A DNA stretch of 64,000 bases. Origin: Heterodontus francisci. Its lineage: Eukaryota. The notes below the pieces were generated by a model. That model was not told the origin of the DNA and did no database searches. It saw only the letters and a list, made by a program, of their open reading frames with translations. The translations under genes and the position numbers were made by a program. Of this stretch, positions 49,476-62,660 are shown in pieces; within the stretch, counting starts at the first letter, position 1, and each line of letters begins with the position of its first letter. The stretch is taken from assembly GCF_036365525.1 (NCBI RefSeq), contig NC_090397.1, positions 35,221,679 to 35,285,678 on the forward strand. The letters are read 5' to 3'.

Positions 49476-52400
49476 TGTTATGAGTTCACAGGACACCAGT
49501 CTGGTGTGTACTGTGTATTTTCATGAACTGACTGGAATCGCTGCCGCTAGTCAGTGTGCCTCATAGTAGAGGTCACATGACTACGGCAAGCCTGGAGACA
49601 CATTGGTACAGTATTGCATTTCTATCCCAAACATTCCCCTTTTCATACAAAAAAGATTGCATGCATTATCATTTACACTGCGAGTTGCCCAAGTTACCCG
49701 CGAAGCACACAACTGTTCGCATGTATTAGTAGGTCTCTGCACATGCATTGCACACACAGTCATTAAGTTGTGCCGGTCTCTTAATGGTGTGTCTGCGTGT
49801 TGTCATTGGTTGCTCATCTGGTTGAATTTCCTTCTCCAGCGAGTGTCATGCCCTTGTCACCTGTTGCCGTGTAACTTTTGTTGTTCCGTTTCCATTGTTG
49901 GGGTGCTGTGGACCTCTGGGGCTGATAGTTGTTCTGTGTTCTGTGCAGCTGGCGAGTTCTCATCTTCCTGATTTTCCACCTGCTGTGATGGAACAGCTCC
50001 TCCAGATGTGCGTATGCGTCTGCGGTTGTGATGATACATCTGGTCGTTCACTTCCACTGCATACAATCGAGGTGACAACTGCTCTACGCAGGTCCCAAGT
50101 TGCTACTTGGGCTGACTCTTGTTGAGTGCATTGAACTTTTGTACCCTTACTGGCACTCCAATGCTCAATTCTGGCAATGGTTTTGCAGTTTTGTCAAAGT
50201 GAATTTTGACTTTCTGCCATTTCACCTTGATTATGTCACTCATGTCTGTTGCTACTTCTGGCTTCAGTAGCTTTTTTGCTATTGGAAGAGTAGTTGGGGT
50301 GCGGTGTGATATTGGTGTTTGTACCAGACTACTTTCCATGTCTTCGGTAGGTGTGTTTCTCCACTTGAGGATTACCTTGTATATATCTGTTCCAGATTTG
50401 TTCGATTTCTTTATCATTCCTTTGGCAATTTCCACTGCTGCCTCAGCCTGTCCATTGGACTGGGGACAGTGTGGAGATGGTGTATGGTGTTAAATTTCCC
50501 AATCCTCCACGAAGCGGCTGAATTCTTCACTCGTGAACTAAGGGACGTTGTCGGTCATCACAATGTCTGGCTTGCCGTAACAATTGAAGTGTGCTTTCAG
50601 GCATTCTACAATCTCACCGCTAGTCATTGAGGTCAGCTGATCTATCTCCCAGTAGTCAGAATAGTAGTCTACGGTGACAAGATAATCAGTTCCTGTAAAA
50701 GCGATGAGGTCTACTCCCAGCTTCATCCATGGTCTGTCTGGGATGTCATGTGTCATCAGCGGCTCTTTAGCTTGCTTAGTTTGGTATTCATTGCACGCAC
50801 TGCACTGGCTGATGTGGTCCTTGATTTCATTGCTCATGTTTGGCCAGTAGAGCACTTCTCTTGCCTTCCTCAGACTCAACTCAATTCCTTGGTGGCTTGC
50901 ATGGATGCGCTTTAACATCTCTCCTCTCAACTCTTCAGGGATTATGACTCTATTTCCTTTGTACAGATGCCATCTTGGCTGTCAATTCATCTCTGTAAGA
51001 CCTCAACTACAGGAATATCCTTGATGCTCTCAGGCCATCGCTTCATCACTACTTCTTGCAACACTTGTAGAGTTGGATCTTGTTGAGTAGTTTGCTTGAT
51101 TTGAGCTAGTCTGTCAGCGTCAATGTCTCTGCTGGGTTGATGACTTCCAGAGCATGTCGAGCTGCGGCTTCATGTTGGCTCTGGAAGGTTTCACATTCTG
51201 TCATGGCATCCTCTACTTTCTTCATTGGGAGCGCAGTTCTCAACAGCATGTCAGTGAAGTACATCTATTTCCACTGCTTGTATGTCATATCCAGATAATA
51301 TCTCTGTAACCGGAGTAACATCCTTTGCAGTCACTTTGGAACAGATAATAGCGGCTTGAGGAAAATGCTTTGAAGTGGCTTGTGGTCAGACTCGACTGTC
51401 ACTTTGTCTCTTCCAAGTAGGTTTTGATGAAAATGTTCATAATGAAAGGCAATGGCCAGGCCCTCTTTCTCGATATGAGTGTAGCGTCGTTCCATTTGCG
51501 TTAATACCCTGGATGCAAATGCAACTGGTTGTTCTTGCTGCATTAGGGTTGCTCTAAGTCCTGCCTCGCTGGCATCACACTGCAGAGTAACTTCATCTTT
51601 TACGTCATAGTATTTCAACACTGGTATTGCCGTCACTAGTTGCTTAATTTTAGTGAACGCTGCTTTTTGTTCTGTGCCCTAGTACCACTGCACGTTCTTG
51701 GCGGTGAGTTGGCACAATGTTCCACACTCCGATGACAAATTGGGCAAGAATTTTGCTAAATAGCTGACGAATCCAACAGATTTCTGCACTGATTTTACAT
51801 CTGTTGGTGGCCGCATCGCTGCTACTGTTCCAACCTTTTCAGGATCTGACAAAGACCTTTTGCTGTCAGCATGTGACCTATGTACCTGATTTTGGACATC
51901 TTTAATTGCAATTTTTTTCTACAGGTTCATCTGACGTGCACTGCCCAGCAGTCACACTAGATTTTGATCATGGTCAGTAATGGATTCTTCCATTGAGTCT
52001 CCACATCCATAAACAAGTAGATCAGCCACTACAGCTTCCACTCTGCGAAGATCACTATCTCATGCTGTCTGCGTTGATACTCCTCTGGAGCCATGGAAAT
52101 ACCAAATGGCATGCGGTACCATCTGTATCTCCCAAACAGCGTCCAGAATGTGGTTAGAAAGCTGCTGCTTTTATCCAGCTTCACTTTCCAGTAACCATCC
52201 TTCGCATCTCGGGTAATGAAGATTTTTGTCTTTGCAAGTTGTGGCAAAATTCCTTTGATGGTTGGCATGGGATAGTGAGATTTCTTCAGAGATTTATTTA
52301 GATCCTTTGGATCGATGCATACTCTCAGCTTTCCAGGTTGTTTCACTGCTACCATACTGCCTATCCATTCTGTAGGGGTTGTCACTTTCTTGATTACTCC

Positions 52401-54072
52401 CTTCTTTTCTAGCTCTTCTATCTTGTCTTTCAGGCTGGCCTTGAGGGCAGCTGGAAATTTCCTCAGCAGGTGCTGAATTGGTCTTACCCTCTCATCTACT
52501 TCGAGATTATATTCTCCAGGAAGAAATCCTAACCCTGTAAATACATCATTGTACTCCTCTCGGATCTGTTCCGCAGTTTAGTGTGCTGCGACACATTGCA
52601 AATTTCTTTTTGCACGTTGAAGGTTACCAGTCCAAGCTTTAGACTTGCTTCGGCTGAGATGAGTGGCTTTTGCTTGCCGTCTATAATCTGGAACTCCAGA
52701 TCTTCGTTCTTGCCATTGCATTGGGCTCTCAGACTAGCTTGTCCTCTTGGCACTAGTATGATGCCATCATAAAACTTCAACCTTATTTTCGAGGGCTTCA
52801 TTTTTGGATCACCATGTTGAGCCACTTTGTACAAGTCTGTGAAGGTCATAATGTTGCAGGATGCACCGGTGTCTATCTGGCACTTTATGTTGACTTGATA
52901 TTCTCCTTCTGCATTCATCATTCCAACAGTCACAAACCATTTATCACCTATCAACCTGACTGAACCAACCTGTTGTATGGTGTATAGTGAATCTTCAGCT
53001 GACATCTCTCCATTGGCCATCTGTACCCACTTGTTGTGCTTCCTTCTAGCCAAACACTTGTGTGCAGAATGATTCAGCTTCTTGCAGTGAGAACACTGCT
53101 CTCCCCATGCTGGACATGCCTTCTTTTCCTGTGCGTGATGTCATCCGCAGTATTTGTATCCTGGCCTTTGTCTGTGATCTGCCCTGGAATGCCTATTAGC
53201 ATAATGCAAGGCCTGGTCTGTTCTGCCATGAAAATATCTAACTGCTGATTTACAACCTCAACAATTCTGCACGTCAATCGCTTTCCTGAGAGTCAGTTTG
53301 TCTTCTCCCAATAGCCGTGATCGCACTGCGGGATTTCTTACGCCTAATACAATCCTGTCTTTAATTAGGTCATCTTTTAGTTGGACAAATTCACAGGATT
53401 CTGCGAGCTGTGCTAATGCAGTCACATATTGATCGAGGGACTTTTTTTCACCTTGGACTCTAATATTGAGCACATACTGTTCATAGGTTACATTCACTTG
53501 GGTTACAAAGCATGCCTTCAAGACGTTCAAAATTTCTGCTGTCTTTTTTTGCTCTTCAGAGAGATTCAGGGTGGAGTACACTTTCTAACAGTCTCTCCCC
53601 AACAGTGATAAAAGTGTAGCTACTTGTAGCTGCTCTGGTTTGTTGATTAAATCTGTCACAATTTCATAATTTTGCCATTGCGAATGGAAAAACTGCCAGT
53701 TGTGCTTCATATCACCTTTCATTTTGAACAGCGCAGGCAGAGGAAAATTTGCAGCCATTATCTTACCTTGTGCTTTCAGCTGTTTCTTTGTTCCTTTTCA
53801 GTGACTTCCTGTGGCTTTTAGCAGTTCTGACCATTCCTGTGACCTTTGTTCCGTATCTGTGCTTCTCAACAGCTTTTCACCACTCAATCTCAGCTCCACT
53901 CTGACACCATGTTCCGAGCTTATAGGAGACCAGTCTGGTGTGCACTGTGTCTTTTAATGAACAGACTGTAATTGTTGCCTCCAGTCAGAGTGGTAAAAGT
54001 CATGGTAAAGGTCACATGACTACGGCAAGCAAGGTGGCACATCTTAACAGTTTTGCATTTCTATCCCAAACA
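49476..54072 (-). mobile_element. Complete, decayed Ty3/Gypsy element with short LTRs (Mag-like)
   Basis: LTRs 49476-49633 and 53910-54072, 5-bp TSD CACTT, PBS tggtgtcagag (tRNA-Leu-like), PPT gaaaaggggaa. Confidence 0.93.
49860..53758 (-). pseudogene. Gypsy gag-pol (gag, PR, RT, RNase H, IN)
   Basis: LIKDRIVLG, QIDTGASCN, LRVCIDPKDLN, RMPFGI, LQCDASEAG, SDHKPL, HASHQG..CSACNE, VDYYSDY. Many stops and frameshifts. Confidence 0.92.
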
Positions 54073-55189
54073 CACTTGATAAGGGTCTAGGACTGGCAAT
54101 AGACACACACATATAGACACACCCCAGTTATAAAGTGCAAAATATTGCACCACTGGGCAACATCCAAAGTACAAGAATAGTTAGCACTAAGTCTTTCTTC
54201 CACACATGAACTATTACGTGCAAATGGTGCACATTACCCTCTTGAATCATCAAAACCAGACAAACCGGGCCTCAATTTAACATTTGATCTAAGGGATGTG
54301 TTGCATTGAATTACTGGATTACATTTTCTATCAAGCCTTTGAACTGGGGCTTAAATCCCCTAAAATTTCTTTCAGTACAAAAGTGTTATCAGCTGAGACA
54401 AACATACACATGTTGGGTAGATTGTTTAAATGCTTGTCAAGCTGAGCAAAGATAGTCACTGTGAGTAGTGAAAATTCTCATTCTGGTGGCTTCAGAAACT
54501 GAGGTGAATGGACTTTCATCTCAGTACTGATCTTACTTCTAGCATTATGGGATGTTATGGTAATAGTTTCTTGGACTTCCCATAAATGCCATTTGTGTTG
54601 TACTTTGGAGGAAGAAGAGAAAACTGAGAGAAGTAATGAGTTTGAAAGTTTTAAGCATGTGTTCGAGTAGGAGACTAGTTAAAAGGTTTTGATTCAAACA
54701 CTGCTATGAAAGATTGGGAGGAAGAATATGTAGGATTGCACACTTGTAAGCTTTACAAAAGAGAAAAGCTCAAAGAGACCAAATTATAAAGATTAAATAT
54801 AAAGACTGAAGAAGGAATTGGAGGCTTGAGATGAAAGAATGACTGCCTACTGCAGTAGACCTGAATGTTTCTCAGTGGAATTTTTGTGGAAACTCTCAAG
54901 CTTCACAAAATCTGAGGTATCAATATCTTTCATAGAAAGCTGATGGTTCCAGTGGAAGGAACCTTTTTTTTATGTTCAGTGGGCAGCCATAAACAGAAAT
55001 GAGTAAAAGAGTCAGAATTCTGAGCTAATCTGAATTATAAGTAGTTTGATCAAATTGAACGAAACTAAGCTTTGCTTGGTTTTGACTGGATATTCTCATT
55101 AGTAAATAGCTCATTTTATCCCTTGCCAAAAATTGACTGCATGAAGTTGGTAATTTGACAAAATGGGATTCATTCCGAAATGATGTGAC

Positions 55190-55855
55190 CTGTTAGTTTG
55201 ACTCCGTTCAAAGCACACTCACCTTTAAATAAGAAGGTCCAAGTCCACTCCAAAATTTGAGCATATCATCTAAACTGATATTAGATGCCATCTTTTGGAT
55301 AAAATATTAAATTGAGGCCTTGTCTGTCTGCTTCAGTGGTTTGGGTGGTCATTAAAAGACCCCATGACTTTTTTCAGTATGGATATGTATGAGGTTGTGC
55401 TTTTAGTGGGAATAATAAGGAGGCCACATGCTGCTTGATAATAAGAGCCTGAATGGGGTACAGGAGCAAAAGTATCTCGGGGTGAGAAATACAAATCACT
55501 AAATGTAATGTTGCAGGTTAATAAGGCCATAAAAAAGAGGAATGGAACTGCAAAGCAGAGGTGTTATGTTAAACTTGTATCAAACCTCGGTTAGACCATG
55601 CCTGAAATACTGTGCTCAGTTCTAGTCTCCATTTTATTGAAAATAAAGGATATTGAGACATTGGAGAAGGTTCCTCCCTTCTGTAATCCTCCCTTAGCCA
55701 ATAAATTAATTGGCCATTCATTTCATTGCTGCTAATGGGATTTTGCTCCATACAAATTAACTACTGTGTTTATCTATATAACAGTCATTGCACTTAAAAA
55801 TAATCGATTGTATGTGATGTATATTGGGATATTTTCAAGAGACATGATAAGAGCA
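55190..55855 (+). mobile_element. Old Deu-domain-like SINE, interrupted by a copied CR1 segment
   Basis: aaaagaccccatgac and cattgctgctaatgggattttgct..caaatt..ctgtgttt..aacagt resemble the DeuSINE core (recalled from memory). Confidence 0.6.
55372..55671 (+). repeat. 300-bp duplicate of CR1 segment 57711-58011
   Basis: Collinear and roughly 90% identical by eye. Both copies share the same internal deletion. Confidence 0.92.
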
Positions 55856-56679
55856 GGTTCCTCTTTGTGATTAGGATAGTAGTAGTAGTTTTCCAATATC
55901 ATATTCCCACCTGAAGTACATAGTAGAAATACTGGTGCAAACTATGTATGATATACCAACAGTTTAATGGTCATAAAATTGTGCGGCATGTGCATACAAG
56001 TTTTTGATACATGTTCTGGATAGATGAATCTCCCTGTCAGGAGTGCCAGTTTGGAAACTGGTCCCAAGTATTTACACCCTCAACTTAAATTACAGCCAAA
56101 AGACAGTAGAATGTATTTGTTGTTTTCTGTAGTTAAATCATTATTTAAAAGATCTCCAGCAATGCTGTCAACACTTCAGTGTTTTGTTTTGTAATATTTC
56201 GCTGCTTGAGAAAGAAAAAGGTTCACATTTGAAAAATAAATAGATTTTGTTAACCTCATTGTGCAGACTTTTTATTGATAATTTGCTGTGTGGATTATAT
56301 AGTTATTTACAGTAGAGGTATTTTTTGTGAAATAAATTGGTGGTGTTACTGATAATTAACAACAGGGAGCTAACACAATATATTCCCAAAGGTTCAATCA
56401 AATGCAAATTGCAAGATACCCATGCTGGACTAGCAATAATAAGGTACTTAGAGGGCAATATTCCTCTATTAAAATGAATCAATGCTTCATTTTCTTCATA
56501 CTTCAAAGACCATGAATCAAACTGTATGTTTGAAGGCCTAACATTCCTTCAATATTCCATTTTTTACAAGAAGAATTTTACTCCCTTGGTCTTTATAAAC
56601 AATCAGATGGTGTTAATTCTGGTGGTGAATTTCAATGAAATGGAAAGTTCCAAAAATTCAAGGCGAAGTAGACACATGA

Positions 56680-58437
56680 CTAAGGTCAGAACGTGTGGAG
56701 CCAGGAAACCTATAGCAGAATGGATAGCAAGCTGGATTCAAAATAGAAAGCAGAGAGTAGACTGGCAAAAGGTGGGAAGTGGCGTTTCACTGCCACCATT
56801 GTTGTTTGCAATTTACATTAATGATTTGGACTCAAGGATTAGGAATATTGGGCTGAATTTTATCAGTGTGCAGCAGTTTGCAGTGGCGCACTCTAAGAAC
56901 AGCGTACATCCCGTGCAGATGCGCTGTCCCTGAATCCCCACGATATTACGTGCAGGGGCTCACTTAAATAGAGGGGGCAGAGCGGCCGCCCTGATGACAT
57001 AGAGGGGGCGGCCTCCACGCCCCCAGCAACTGCGTCCGGGGCCACTGCGCAGGCGCCGGCGCCTTTTTTAAAGGGCTTTAAGCCCGCCCAAATAAGTTTA
57101 ACTTTTAAAGGGACAATGTAAAGGATTGTTATGACATTTGAAAATAGGTGATGGAGACCCTTCCCCAACCCCCAATAATGGTCATTTCAGGCAATGAAAT
57201 GACCATCAATTGATTTATGTAAGACCCAAAATTTCCTCCTCCAACCTTCAATCTTCTGCCTTTCAACCCCTTCACACCATCCCCACATCCAATAAAAATT
57301 GATTTCTCCGATCTTCCACCCCTCCCACCTTGAAAATTTTATTACTCCCCCCTCCCCACCAGGTTCTCGCACAGAACGTCGTACGGAGTTCCGAAGGCAC
57401 GCGAAGGCCAAACACCAGCTATAATATCGGAGTGGGACGGCTGCCGCCTGCAGGTAAGTTTATTTTCATATTTTAATTGTTCATTTCCATATGCTGATGA
57501 AAGGCCCGCCTGGTGGGCCTCTCACCGCAGCATTTTACCGGCCCCCGCGCCACAACCCGCGGCGTCGAGGGGCCAGTAAAATTCAGCCCATTATTTCAAA
57601 ATTTGCAGAGGACACATAATTGGGAGGTATAGTTTATGCAAAGGAGGAATGTGACAAAATACAGGAAGACATTAACAAGCTTGCAGAAGGGTGTGTAATT
57701 GGTAAATCAATTTCAGTATGGATATGTGTGAGGTTGTGCTTTTAGTAGGAATAATAAGGATGCCACATGCTGCTTGGATAATAAGAGCCCGAATGGGGTA
57801 AAGGAGCAAAGGTATCTAGGGGTGAGAAATACAAATCACTAAAAGTAGTGTTGCAGGTTAATAAGGCCATAAAAAAGAGGAATGGAACTGAAAAGCAGAG
57901 GAGTTATGTTAAACTTGTATCAAACCTCAGTCAGACCACACCTGAAATACTTTGCAAAGTTCTAGTCTCCATTTTATTGAAAAGAAAGGATATTGAGACA
58001 TTGGAGAAGGTAGAAAAAAGTTTCATCCAGATGATACCAGAACTGAGAGGTATACTTATCAAAGAAAGATTTAACATACTGGGGCTCTTTACTCTAGAAA
58101 GGAGGAGGCTCAGGAATGGCCTGATAGAGGGTTTTAAGATAATGAAAGGGTTTGATAGGGTAGACGTTGAGAAGAATTTCCACTTGTGAAGGAGTGCAAA
58201 ACTAGAAGTCATAAATATAAGATAATCACTAATACAATCAATAGGGAATTCAGAAGAAACATCTTTACCTAAAGAGTAGTAAGAATGTGGAATGCACTAC
58301 CACAAAGAATGGTTGAGGTAATAGCATTGATGCATTTACGGGAAGTTAGGTTTCCACTTGAGGGAGAAAGAACAGAAGGATACACTGATGAGTTAGATGA
58401 ACTGGGGCGGGGGTGGTGGTGGGAGCTCGTGTGGAGC
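56680..58437 (+). mobile_element. Old CR1 RT to 3' region, split by a MITE
   Basis: WIQNRKQRV and LFAIYINDLDS before the MITE; SKFAED-like, LGLFTLERRRLR and WNALPQ after it. Confidence 0.85.
56850..57589. mobile_element. 740-bp Harbinger-type MITE
   Basis: Perfect 13-bp TIR gggctgaatttta and 3-bp TSD ATT. CpG-rich. Confidence 0.9.
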
Positions 58438-58814
58438 ATTAACACTGACATTGACCAGAAACTTAACTGGACCAGCCACATAAATGCTGTGGCGACAAAA
58501 ACAGGTCAAAGGCTGGGTATTCTGCAGCGAGTAACTCAATTCTTGACTTCCCAAAGCCTTTCCACTGCCTACAAGGCACAAGTCATATGGAATACTTTCC
58601 ACTTGCCTGGATGAGTGCAGCTCCAAGAACATTCAAGAAGCTCGACACCATCCAGGACAAAACAGCCCTCTTGATTTGAACCCTATCCACCACATTAAAT
58701 ATTCACTCACTCCACTGCCAACGGTGGCTGCAGTGCATATCATCTACAAGATGCACTTCAGCAACTCATCAAGACTCTTTCGACAGCACATCACCAAACC
58801 CACAACCTCTACTA

Positions 58815-58961
58815 ATAATAAAATCAAAATGCTGCAGGTGCCGGAAATCTGAAATAAAAAATAAAAACAAAATGTGCTGGAAATACTCAGCAGGTCTGGC
58901 AGCATCTGTGGAGACAGAAGCAGAGTTAATGTTTCAGGTCTGTGACCTTTCATCTTTCATT
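58815..58961 (-). mobile_element. Short Penelope-type retroposon with hammerhead core, second copy
   Basis: 15-bp TSD CCACAACCTCTACTA (58800-58814 / 58962-58976). Minus strand starts gatga-a-aggtc-aca-gacct-gaaac. Confidence 0.8.
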
Positions 58962-59065
58962 CCACAACCTCTACTACCTAGAAGGACAAGAGCAGTAGGA
59001 GCATGGGAACATCACCAGCTGCAATTTCCCCTCCAAGCCACACACCACCATGACTTGGAAATATT

Positions 59066-60077
59066 TTTTTTTAAATTCATTCAGGGATGTGGGCGTCGCT
59101 GGCTAGGCCAGCATTTATTGCCCATCCCTAATTGCCCTTGAGAAGGTGGTGGTGAGCTGTCTTCTTGAACTGCTGCAGTCCATTTGGGGTAGGTATACCC
59201 ACAGTGTTGTTAGGAAGGGAGTTCCAGGATTTTGACCCAGCGACAGTGAAGGAACGGCGATTTCGTTCCAAGTCGGGATGGTGTGTGACTTGGAGGGGAA
59301 CTTGCAGGTGGTGGTGTTCCCATGCATTTGCTGCCCTTGTCCTTCTAGTTGGTAGAGGACGCGGGTTTGGAAGGTGCTGTCTAAGGAGCCTTGGTGCATT
59401 GCAGAAGTGCATCTTGTTGATTGGACACACTGCTGCCACTGTGCGTCGCTGGTGGAAGGAGTGAATGTTTGTAGATGGGGCGCTAATCAAACGGGCTGCT
59501 TTGTCCTGGATGGTGTCGAGCTTCTTGAGTGTTGTTGGAGCTGCACTCATCCAGGCAAGTGGAGAGTATTCCATCACACTCCTGACTTGTGCCTAGTAGA
59601 TGGTGGACAGGCTTTGGGGAGTCAGGAGGTGAGTTACTCGCCTCAGGATTCCTAGCCTCTGACCTGCTCTTGTAGCCACGGTATATATATGGCTACTCCA
59701 GTTCAGTTTCTGGTCAATGGTAGCCGCGAGGATGTTGATAGTGGGGGATTCAGCGATGGTAATGCTGTTGAAATTCAAGGGGAGATGGTTAGAGTCTCTC
59801 TTGTTGGAGATGGTCATTGCCTGTCACGTGTGTGGCGCGAATGTTACTTGCCACTTATCAGCCCAAGCCTGGATATTGTCCAGGTCTTGTTGCATTTCTA
59901 CACGGACTGCTTCAGTATCTGAGGAGTCACGAATGGTGCTGAACATTGTGCAATCATCAGCGAATATCCCCACTTCTGACCTTATGATTGATGGTAGGTC
60001 ATTGATGAAGCAACTGAAGATGGTTGGGCCTAGGACACTACCCTGAGGAACTCCTGCAGTGATGTCCTGGAGCTCAG
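59066..60077 (-). mobile_element. Younger antisense copy of the same L2/Crack-group LINE
   Basis: TSD AATATT. Poly-A end. QGSVLGP and FADD region through MMEYSPLAWMSAAPTTLKKLDTIQ. Confidence 0.9.
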
Positions 60078-61079
60078 AATATTGCTGTTACTTTATTGTC
60101 ACTAGGTCAAAACCTTGGAACTCCCTCCCTAACAGCACTGTGGGTGTACCTGCATGACATAGCCTGCAGCGGTTCAAGCAAATGGCTCACTACCACATTC
60201 TCAAGGGCAACTGGGGATAAATGCTGCTCTTGTCAGCAACACCCACATCCCATGCATTGATATTTTTTAAAAAGTGGCCCGTTCACACAATGTAACTTGA
60301 TGAATGCACATTTCAGAGAAATCGAAGCACAGATAATTATGGGTGAACTGATAATACAGCAAGAAGCCAACCAACCAATCCAAAGATTCAGAACAACTGT
60401 TGGGAACAACTTTCCAAAGGTAAATGGCTACTCCTATGTTGAAAGGCCAAAGAACGGCTGCAGAAAACACATGAATGATGTTACAAAAAGTGGCTGCGGA
60501 ACATTTGAAAGATATTTCCCATCATCTATTAAAGGGGTTTGCAAGCCTAACTGACCTTGAGCTCCACTGAGTTCATCATGGACCCCATTAGAGGGTTGGA
60601 TGAATCTAACTTGGTGGTGATGGTTCTTTTCTGGCAATAAGTCTTAGGATTAAAGTCTTACAATTGATCAATATTAATCACTAATCTATATATTGTTGAG
60701 CATATTATATCACAACAGTATATTGTCATAATTGTAAACTTTATTCCATAGTTTCTTGTACAGGGTGTGCTTTTTCAATCATACAATGAGGTTATCGGCA
60801 AAACTTCCACACAGATTCTCTCAGTCTCCTGCTGTAACTTCAGCAGAAACCCTGGAGAAGGGTGCCACTCACTATTTTTAGCCATTTGTCTTTTTCCAGG
60901 TGTGAACCATAGAACCTCAATTGGCAGCAGAGACAAAAGACTAACATATCTTCCCTTCAGAAACTCTACCTGATGGCAAGGAGTTGGATATGGCAAACAC
61001 TTCACCAGTTGAAGTCAGGCAAATCGACAAGTTATGATGCTATCCAGTTTAGAGAAAAATCTTTTGATTATCTTCTGAT

Positions 61080-62660
61080 CCTGCATTGTCATCATTTCTC
61101 TGATGCACTTATTGTGAATCTTTCAATTTTCAGAGGCATTTTTTTCGACAGTTCTTCATTTTGTGAAAGATGATTTTTTTTTTACAATGATTTGTCATTC
61201 GAGTTTCTTACTTCTTGTGGTTTTATTCTATGGCTCAATATGATGCCCACAGTTCTTGTGATGACTTGCTGCAATATAGTTGTCTTGTGGAGAAATTCAC
61301 TACATCACTCTAACCTGCTTGATGAGTTCAGCACCATATTCTTGTTTCTCGATAGCAACATGTGACCATGGTATTCCTTTGCAATGGCTTGCTGCAATTC
61401 TTTCAGCATTGTAGTAGATCCACTTCGCACTGGGATTTATTATTATGCTCATATTTCCCAGAGCAGTTTACCAGGGTACTCTAGTTTGCTGCAATCGACT
61501 GCATTATTTTCATTAGTTGAAGGAGCACACGGCAAGTCTATCATTTTTCATAGTGATTTCCTGCAAAACTCCCTTCCCACTGCCAACTTTTAATTTTTCA
61601 CAGACACTTGCGACAGCGCTCTCCTTTCTGATAGTTATTTGACTGCACACTTCATTTCTTACGGTGATTTGTCGCGATGCTGTTACTCTTTGCAATAATT
61701 CTTCACTATGCTCTTATTTCTTTCAATGACTTAGTACGGTGCTTTCATTTGTTATGGGAATTTTGCCGTGAAACTCTTGCTGCTCCAAGGATATGCTCCA
61801 ATTATTTATAATAGCAAACTGTAGCATTCTTATTTTTTTCAATAATTCATTGCAAACTCTCATTTCTAGCAATGACTCCCTCAGAAATTCTTAATTTCTT
61901 GTAGCAAATTATTGTATCTCACGGTGATTTATGCCATCTCTCATTTCTTACAGTGAGTGGACATGATGGCCTCAATCCTCATAGCAGACCACAATAATCC
62001 CGCTTCTCTTTGAGGATTCATTGCCATGCTTAGGTCTCGCATTTCTCACGGCTCTTTGGTGCGATGCTCTCATTTTCTGTAGCCATTCATCGCAATATTG
62101 TAATTTCTCTCAGTAATGTGCAGCATGTTCTCAGTCTTGCGAAAACTATCAATGATGTGCTAAGGTCATGCCGCAATTCAACATGACGTTTCTTCTCTTG
62201 TATCAATTTTGTTGTGATGCCTTTATTTCTTCCAGGGATTTGCTGTCACATTCTTTGATGTGGCTTACAGCCATTTGCACTTCTCGCTGTAGCTTGTTCC
62301 AGCTGCTGCTCCCCTCCCGCACACCCCTTAACAATGCTTCAAACTCAAGCTAACAGTATTTTGATTCAATGCTCTAATTTATCCCAATGCCTCATCAACA
62401 TCACATTTGCAAATGCTTTCTTTTCGGATATGTTTGCTAATAATGCCCTCATTTCTCACACTGAGTTACTATGCAGTCTGGACCTGCAGGGAAAAGCACC
62501 ATGTTCCTATTTCTTACAGCTTCACCGCATGCTCTCATTTCTCAGCAAATGTCGTCAATTGTTTCTCGCAGCGATATAATGTTGACACTTTAATTTCCCA
62601 CAGAGAATCACTACAATCTTTTACTTGATCGCAGTGGTTTGTATATTTTCTTTTACAGTG
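61080..62660. repeat. Highly diverged 31-bp tandem array
   Basis: Consecutive 30-31 nt units from 61618 fit an approximate consensus GCTCTCATTTCTCGCAGTGATTTGTCGCGAT. Outer limits approximate. Confidence 0.7.

Larger units (their letters stand above)
58440..60270 (+). mobile_element. L2/Crack-group LINE 3' part hosting two nested insertions
   Basis: IDQKLNWTSHINAVATKTGQRLGIL. Resumes at 58962 and at 60078. Tail caagggcaact..ataaatgctg. Confidence 0.82.

Noticed and set aside
60316-60970. Possible exons (60316-60419 on +, ~60870-60970 on -)
   Set aside because: Splice-like motifs exist, but the strands conflict and the peptides are unrecognised. Not enough support.
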